From Methylophaga frappieri (lineage in GTDB: Bacteria > Pseudomonadota > Gammaproteobacteria > Nitrosococcales > Methylophagaceae), in assembly GCF_000260965.1 (NCBI RefSeq), contig NC_017856.1, positions 1,560,001-1,592,000 of the forward strand: DNA of 32,000 nt. The letters are read 5' to 3'. The notes below the pieces were generated by a model. That model made no database searches. It was not told the DNA's origin and worked only from the letters and a program-made list of their open reading frames with translations. Each line of letters starts with the position of its first letter. Positions within the stretch are counted from its first letter, which is position 1. Below, piece by piece: positions 26,922 through 32,000 of this stretch. Position numbers and translations under genes: made by a program.

Positions 26922-27230
26922 CTAGTTCTGCAACCAGTTGTCTATTTTCAGTCCAGGAACCTGCGAGAATTCACCGATATTTGCAGTCACCACCGTAAGG
27001 TCATTCGCAAGGGCATGTGCAGCAATCAGTAGATCATTTGGCCCAATCGGTGTTCCCTGACGTGTGAGGTTATGTCGTAAAGATGCGCACTGTACGGCGC
27101 GGGCTGTGGACTGAGCGCTGCTGCCGGCGCATGGCTGACATTGCGATCAGCGAAGACCCCAATGGCAACTCTGATCGAGATATTGCAAATCTATCTCGAC
27201 CAGTAGCCGCCGCTGTTCCTCGGAGTATAT
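26922..27230 (-). pseudogene. vapC: 5'-truncated vapC-like PIN toxin remnant with in-frame TGA
   Basis: C-terminal RQGTPIGPNDLLIAAHALANDLTVVTANIGEFSQVPGLKIDNWLQN is the classic VapC tail. There is an in-frame TGA at 27147-27149. The N-terminal roughly 50 codons (DTN motif) and any vapB are absent, replaced by the 3' end of 27232..28719. Confidence 0.65.
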
Positions 27231-27231
27231 T

Positions 27232-28719
27232 TTACTGCTCAACGTGTCCTGCGCCGGGCGGCAATGGCATACCCAGCGTTTTTGCCACCACGGTAATCGG
27301 GTTGCGCCGCAGGCGGGCCACTTCCTCTGAATCACATCCGAAAGTCCGGATCAGGTGCTTGGCGCCGGTGCCCATGGGAATGCCGATGTGGTTTCCGTTT
27401 GCAAGTATCTGCAGAATAATCGGCTCCCAGTCTGCATCAAACTCATAGGTGACCGTAGTGGTATCCACGGTATATTCGTCCTGCTGCGTAATAGTGTGTT
27501 TGTAGGTTACGGTCTTACCGACCTGGTTTTTGCACAGTTGTGCATCCGCCAGCGCGAACTGAAATGCGATGGTTTGCCAATGTGCATCGCCACCCATGGA
27601 CTGAGACCAGCCGCCGCGGGTAAATTCCCGCTCCCACAAGCCACTGGCTATATTGATCAGGGGGGGAGCCACCCGGGCAAACGGGTACCCTGGGTCATTG
27701 CTGAGAAAATCCAGATATTCTGCGGTAAGAACAGAGTAGGGCAGGATCACGCCTGATTTGTACATATACATGTAGCGTTCGCTCAGCTTTGCACCTGCCG
27801 GTGTGTAGACGGGAACGTCAAAACGCCGCCAGTTTCTGCGACACTCGGAACGCATGGAGCTGATGGCGTTCTGCAAAGCACCCAGCACGCGGCCACTCTC
27901 GGGTATGGCCGCTTCGCTCTCGGCGATAACGACCAGCGGGTCGCCTGTTTCTTCGCAGCGGGTTTTCGTATCCAACAGGACGACGGCTTCATTGCGCTCT
28001 ACACGCCTGTTAAAGCGAGCCAGCGGGCTTATGGACTCGAGTTGGGCGCGGCGCTCAGCAAGCGCACGTGCTTCGACCGCCTGCTCTTCCATATACTCCA
28101 GCTGGCGCGTCGACAACCCCCTGGTTGCGTTGTGCCCGGTCTTGCGCTGCCAATCGACAATAGCAAGCCGGGTATTCCCATCGATTACGCCATCCACCTG
28201 GCCCGGGTCGTATCCCAGCGCGGCGAGAGCACTTTCGATGCGCATTCCAGTGGCGGTATCTGACTGTGAGCTTGATGATGAGCTAATGGATTGAGCAGGG
28301 GCAGGTCGGCTGACCGTGGCCTTGGCAGTACCTTGGGTCGGAGCGGGTGCTTTCTTTGCTTGTCCCACGCGTGCAACCGACCAGGGCGAGGTGGCGCGTC
28401 GACCATTACCCCAGAAGCCGTCACTTACGCTGCAATCTCTTGTGACGGTAAACCGTGCTGCCCCGTTCTGGCTCCCCTCAATCCATTTGCCCGTCAGCTC
28501 GTTACCGCGCGAGGATAGCGTAAGCTCCAGTTTCTTATCACACGAGCGAACATTACCGTAGCAGCAATCAAGTCGGCCTGAAGCCGCCCCACACTCCATC
28601 GCCCCGTAAGCTGATTTGTATTCGCCTGCCAGTTGTTCGATGTTGCAGTCTGTGTTGGCGTAAGTAGCACTGATTGGCAGACCGAAAAAGATCAACGTCA
28701 GAACTATTTTTTGGGTCAT
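27232..28719 (-). CDS. Sec-exported protein with peptidoglycan-binding domain, 2-Cys module family (member E, 495 aa)
   Basis: Trimmed to the ATG at 28719. Leader MTQKIVLTLIFFGLPISATYA. Cys-rich N-domain. PG_binding_1-like IESALAALGYDPGQVDGVIDGNTRLAIVDWQRKTGHNATRGLSTRQL (about 28090-28245). Module: LWEREF, FALADAQLC, RTFGCDSEEVARLRRN, with Cys codons at 27532-27534 and 27334-27336. Confidence 0.85.
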   Translation of the reverse strand: MTQKIVLTLIFFGLPISATYANTDCNIEQLAGEYKSAYGAMECGAASGRLDCCYGNVRSCDKKLELTLSSRGNELTGKWIEGSQNGAARFTVTRDCSVSDGFWGNGRRATSPWSVARVGQAKKAPAPTQGTAKATVSRPAPAQSISSSSSSQSDTATGMRIESALAALGYDPGQVDGVIDGNTRLAIVDWQRKTGHNATRGLSTRQLEYMEEQAVEARALAERRAQLESISPLARFNRRVERNEAVVLLDTKTRCEETGDPLVVIAESEAAIPESGRVLGALQNAISSMRSECRRNWRRFDVPVYTPAGAKLSERYMYMYKSGVILPYSVLTAEYLDFLSNDPGYPFARVAPPLINIASGLWEREFTRGGWSQSMGGDAHWQTIAFQFALADAQLCKNQVGKTVTYKHTITQQDEYTVDTTTVTYEFDADWEPIILQILANGNHIGIPMGTGAKHLIRTFGCDSEEVARLRRNPITVVAKTLGMPLPPGAGHVEQ

Positions 28720-29071
28720 CGTTCGCAATTTCCCTAGACTCCGATACTTGACTAACGAGTATAACATCGCAACATTACGAGTCGTAACCCCTCGACGGCA
28801 GGGTGGGGTTTAAAACCCGGCAGCATAGGTAATTCCGAGTTATCGTTTTCATACATATGGAAAGGAAACCCGCTGGACTTCACCGCAAGACTGGCGACGC
28901 TGTTGTCGAAGTCGGGTATGACCCTGACGGTTTCATGGGCCCAATGGCCCGAATTTCCGGCCATGCGGTTACGCTATCGGGTTTTGGTTGCTAGAGGCTC
29001 ATGGCTGGCAGTTACCCTATGGCCAGAGGCGGATTCCGACTCGCCCACTAACCAGAATGAGGGACCCTACA

Positions 29072-30280
29072 ATGTTTCGTTGGCACAGGCAGCTACTGTT
29101 AAACCTTATGGCTGCGGTAGTGGGCATATCGTCCGCGCACGCACAGGACATCATCACCACCGAATACGGCAATGTCTTTGTTATCCCGTTCAAGCAATAC
29201 CTTGATCCGGATAAGCGGCCGTCCTGTTCCACGCTACCTGGGGTGATTAGCTACAAAGCCTTTCAATCCCAGGATAACCACAACTTCACTGCCGAGGAGT
29301 ATCGTCAGCTCGCTGGTGATGCGCCTTACATGGGCTTAAGGGGGCACAATTCCTGGTATGACCGGGACCAGCGCAAGATGGTGTCATGGGACGATCTTTT
29401 TCCGGTCTACGGTGATTTTAGTAGCGGCAAGTGGGATGATCTGCCGGTACTGTGCGGTGCCAGGGATCAGCCCAAGCCGAACCCCGCTGCTGTGAGCCGG
29501 GCTAAAAAATCGGTCGACGACTACCCAGAATTTACTGATTACGTTCTCCACAGAGCGCCGGGGCTGGTTACACACTCTCATTTCTATTCAGCCGGCAAAG
29601 CCTGGTGCCAACACGCGTATGTCAGCGTGATTGCTGAATACGAGAATGACCAGGTAAAAAGCTCGCTGCTGGCTGCCAATCCTGCCGCGTATTTACAGAA
29701 CACCATTATTCCTAAGATTAAGCAAATATGCCCTGATTTTCCCAACGCCAACCCGCATTCAAAGCAGCTGCTGGTGCTGAAATTCAGGCCTGAAGAGGGG
29801 AGGATTGCCGATGAACGGATTAATCCGGATAAATTGAACTTTAAGATTGATGATGCGGGTCATTTGAAGCTGGTTCGCGATACAGCCTACCGGAACTGGC
29901 TCACCTATAACGATAACCCCGATGCCCGTGAAGCGATTAGTAATATCGTGGAAGCAGAGAACAAGCGGGTCTTAGCCAGGGAATCCGATTGGCTCGAACT
30001 GTACATCACGGCCGCGGATATCGGGCTGAATCTGGCCTACTCGCATCGAGATATCCATGGCGATGGCAAGCGGGTCAGACGCCAGATTGATTATTATGAA
30101 TACGCGCTGGAGCAGCTGCAAAAGGCCAGTAAACCGCTGGAGCAAGCTGTGACGGCAAACCAGGCATTATCTCTCACTACCTTTGATGAGGTTGATGCAC
30201 TGCTCAAGGCCTATTTCAGCGACAAGTCGCGCGGTCAGAGTGCCATGAAAAGAGCTGAAAGCCTCTCCACCAAACAGTAA
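29072..30280 (+). CDS. Sec-exported hypothetical protein (402 aa)
   Basis: Trimmed to the ATG at 29072 (GAGGGA SD). Leader MFRWHRQLLLNLMAAVVGISSAHA. No family module recognised. Confidence 0.8.
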   Translation: MFRWHRQLLLNLMAAVVGISSAHAQDIITTEYGNVFVIPFKQYLDPDKRPSCSTLPGVISYKAFQSQDNHNFTAEEYRQLAGDAPYMGLRGHNSWYDRDQRKMVSWDDLFPVYGDFSSGKWDDLPVLCGARDQPKPNPAAVSRAKKSVDDYPEFTDYVLHRAPGLVTHSHFYSAGKAWCQHAYVSVIAEYENDQVKSSLLAANPAAYLQNTIIPKIKQICPDFPNANPHSKQLLVLKFRPEEGRIADERINPDKLNFKIDDAGHLKLVRDTAYRNWLTYNDNPDAREAISNIVEAENKRVLARESDWLELYITAADIGLNLAYSHRDIHGDGKRVRRQIDYYEYALEQLQKASKPLEQAVTANQALSLTTFDEVDALLKAYFSDKSRGQSAMKRAESLSTKQ

Positions 30281-30300
30281 GTGTGTCTGAGGTCAGGGCT

Positions 30301-31191
30301 ATGATCACCATTGAACGCACAGACTATGCCTTCGCCGCCGTCGATGCCTCCATCGAGGAATGGGCGGCGATCAAGGCAATTGTGCGGTATTGCGCTAATC
30401 ACTACTGGGCTACGGAATTGCATTACCTTATTTCTGGCCCAGAAGAACGTCGTCCGCAGAAGGTTGAGTCCTTGAGCGAAGCGATGGAAAACGTTTGGGG
30501 AGAACCCCCTGTCGAGTTGTTATTCAGGGATGAATTATTATTGCTGACCCAGTGTGTCACCGATACCGAGGGCAAGGGCCTGCCCGGCGTCGACGAGGAC
30601 TTCCATGCGGATCTTGCCGGCCAGATTTATACACTCGATGTCTATGGCATTTTTGATGACGACAAGGTCACGGATGAGACATGGGATCGCTGGGCAAGAG
30701 AACGACGCGTACATGACACGGTTTCCTGGATCATCAAACTGCATGCCGGGCAAACCGACAAGGCTGGCCACGCCTATGCCCAGCATCCGCTGCGTGTACA
30801 TATGCGCTTGCAGGCGCTGTTTCCCGATGCGGGAGAGGATGTCCGCCACGCTGCCCTGTTGCACGACGTGATGGAAGATTGCGGTATCACCGCAGATGAC
30901 CTGCACCAACGGGGTTATTCGGACGATACCATTGACATCGTCAGTGCGCTGACCAAGAACCCGGATGATGACCGCACCTATGCGCAACGTATCGAGTGGT
31001 TGGCGGAGCAGGGGACAGTAGGTGCAATGCAAGTGAAGCTTTGCGATCTGCTGGACAATACTGACCCTGAGCGCCTTCGTGACTTACCCGATGCCCAGGC
31101 CGCATCATTGTCGCAACGCTATGCCAAAGCCATTGCGCTGTTAACCAGCCGACTGGAGGCCTTGGGTGTTACGCATACCGGGCCGCAATAA
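30301..31191 (+). CDS. two-domain leaderless protein: N-domain paralogous to the 114-aa protein, plus a SpoT/Mesh1-like HD (small alarmone hydrolase-like) domain (296 aa)
   Basis: ATG at 30301 with GAGG SD (GTG at 30283 is possible). HD signature: LHAGQTDKAGHAYAQHPLRV, AALLHDVMEDCGITADDL, SALTKNPDD, VKLCDLLDN. Confidence 0.85.
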   Translation: MITIERTDYAFAAVDASIEEWAAIKAIVRYCANHYWATELHYLISGPEERRPQKVESLSEAMENVWGEPPVELLFRDELLLLTQCVTDTEGKGLPGVDEDFHADLAGQIYTLDVYGIFDDDKVTDETWDRWARERRVHDTVSWIIKLHAGQTDKAGHAYAQHPLRVHMRLQALFPDAGEDVRHAALLHDVMEDCGITADDLHQRGYSDDTIDIVSALTKNPDDDRTYAQRIEWLAEQGTVGAMQVKLCDLLDNTDPERLRDLPDAQAASLSQRYAKAIALLTSRLEALGVTHTGPQ

Positions 31192-31432
31192 TGAACATTT
31201 GTTATCGATGTTGAGGTCTTCGAACGCCGTGACGGTCAAGTCAAAGTCACTGCAAGTATAGCGAGCCCAACGGTGTGACCTAGCCCAGAATTCTTGGTCC
31301 ACATTGAAAGTCGTAAACGTGTCAACACCCGCCGAACAGCAAATGTCGCGGCGTAACTGGGTTGTCAAAAACCACTTGACCACTCCAATCGGGTATACTC
31401 ATGTTGTATCAATCTTCAGAAATGTGGCGACC

Positions 31433-32000
31433 GTGAGACTTACCACTCGCAATATCTTCTATCAAATATTCTTTGCTGTGATTGCCTCAAGTTCACTTGG
31501 TTTGGCACCTGTGGCTGCATCTGCTCAATCGATGAAGGAGATGAGCAGCACGTTGGAAGACCTGTTTGGGCAAGCGGGTGTTGAAATGAAAAAACCTGCT
31601 GCGCAACGTCGGCAGGAAGAACGTGACCGTATTCAAAAAGCGCGTGAAGCCGCGAGCAATATCCCCGCCACTGCAAACCTCGAAGGGCCATGGCGACTGG
31701 CGGCGCAAAACCGATCGCTCGACCTCGTTTTATATGAGACAAAGGGCAGCTCGTATGCGGAGAGAATCTATGACGGTTTTGCCCATGACCCAGTGCGCGA
31801 TTGTGTTCTGCCCGTAAATATTCGTATCGCTGACAAACATCCTCGCCCCGTAACCGCACGATATAGCACTAGCCGATATTATATTCAGACGGATGGAGGG
31901 CAGATAACAGAGCATTCCAAAGTCTATCCTGAATTAATGTCTGAAAATTGCGGCGGCGGTTCTGAGGACGTCATGGCGCAATCCAGCCTTTATGGTCAAT
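31433..32000 (+). CDS. 5' part of a second copy of member F (member F', runs off window)
   Basis: Not in the ORF track because there is no stop in the window. A GTG at 31433 (or 31424) opens MRLTTRNIFYQIFFAVIASSSLGLAPVAASA. The sequence is then colinear with 18589..20058, including the identical 33-aa stretch DLFGQAGVEMKKPAAQRRQEERDRIQKAREAAS. The antisense track ORFs 31440..31859 and 31493..31708 are shadows. Confidence 0.8.
   Translation, partial: MRLTTRNIFYQIFFAVIASSSLGLAPVAASAQSMKEMSSTLEDLFGQAGVEMKKPAAQRRQEERDRIQKAREAASNIPATANLEGPWRLAAQNRSLDLVLYETKGSSYAERIYDGFAHDPVRDCVLPVNIRIADKHPRPVTARYSTSRYYIQTDGGQITEHSKVYPELMSENCGGGSEDVMAQSSLYGQ

Noticed and set aside
31141-31383. 80-aa minus-strand ORF between the HD gene and member F'
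   Set aside because: It overlaps the 3' end of the HD gene by about 50 nt and has no SD site or recognisable motif. It cannot be supported from sequence alone.
827-32000. Interpretation of the family as polymorphic toxins (T6SS, CDI or Rhs-type) with immunity genes
   Set aside because: No Hcp, VgrG, PAAR, Rhs or TpsB markers are present. The proteins have ordinary Sec leaders. The conserved part is C-terminal while the N-termini vary, the opposite of polymorphic toxin architecture. I kept only the weaker pair-like observation.
1-32000. Search for CRISPR arrays, rRNA, intact IS elements or transposases, and Rho-independent terminators
   Set aside because: I saw no regularly spaced direct repeats, no rRNA-like conserved blocks and no transposase-like ORF. 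Convergent gene ends (297/294, 3176/3206, 14845/14852, 21617/21612) lack convincing GC-rich hairpins followed by T-runs.

Overview
This 32 kb window looks like an accessory region. By eye its composition is mosaic, with AT-richer blocks at about 827-5300, 14850-15750 and 21600-23650 and GC-richer blocks elsewhere. I support about 30 genes, and almost none is housekeeping.

The dominant feature is a paralogous family of Sec-exported proteins. There are six intact copies, one decayed copy and one copy running off the right edge. All share a C-terminal module of about 120-180 aa with two invariant Cys: an [FIW]-E-[GR]-[NE]-F motif in four copies (not evident in two), an aromatic helix ending in C, then about 90-100 aa to a G/S-C-[DETN]-[ST]..V....N motif. 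The N-terminal parts vary (PDZ, peptidoglycan-binding, coiled coil). These genes alternate with leaderless genes, small Cys-rich lipoproteins, a Sel1-repeat protein and a PDZ plus helical-repeat protein.

At centre-left is a divergent two-component locus: a lipoprotein and histidine kinase on the minus strand, and an OmpR-type regulator on the plus strand. The regulator heads a tightly packed co-directional string of an unknown 259-aa protein, a cREC-like receiver fused to WD40-like repeats, a PPP-family metallophosphoesterase and a PDZ-bearing family member. This string is my best candidate for an undescribed functional cassette.

At the right, a SpoT/Mesh1-like HD hydrolase carries an N-terminal domain paralogous to a stand-alone 114-aa protein. 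Both sit directly behind exported-protein genes.

Decay and mobility scars are frequent: a serine-recombinase stub, a vapC (PIN) stub with an in-frame stop, a DUF499-like C-terminal stub at the left compositional boundary, a family pseudogene and a secreted Cys-rich gene split by an in-frame TAA.

I saw no rRNA, complete tRNA, CRISPR array or intact transposase. The ORF track uses the longest ATG/GTG/TTG extension, so I trimmed several starts to the codon that gives a sensible leader peptide, SD site or non-overlap. All homology statements come from reading the translations and from memory of domain signatures, not from searches.
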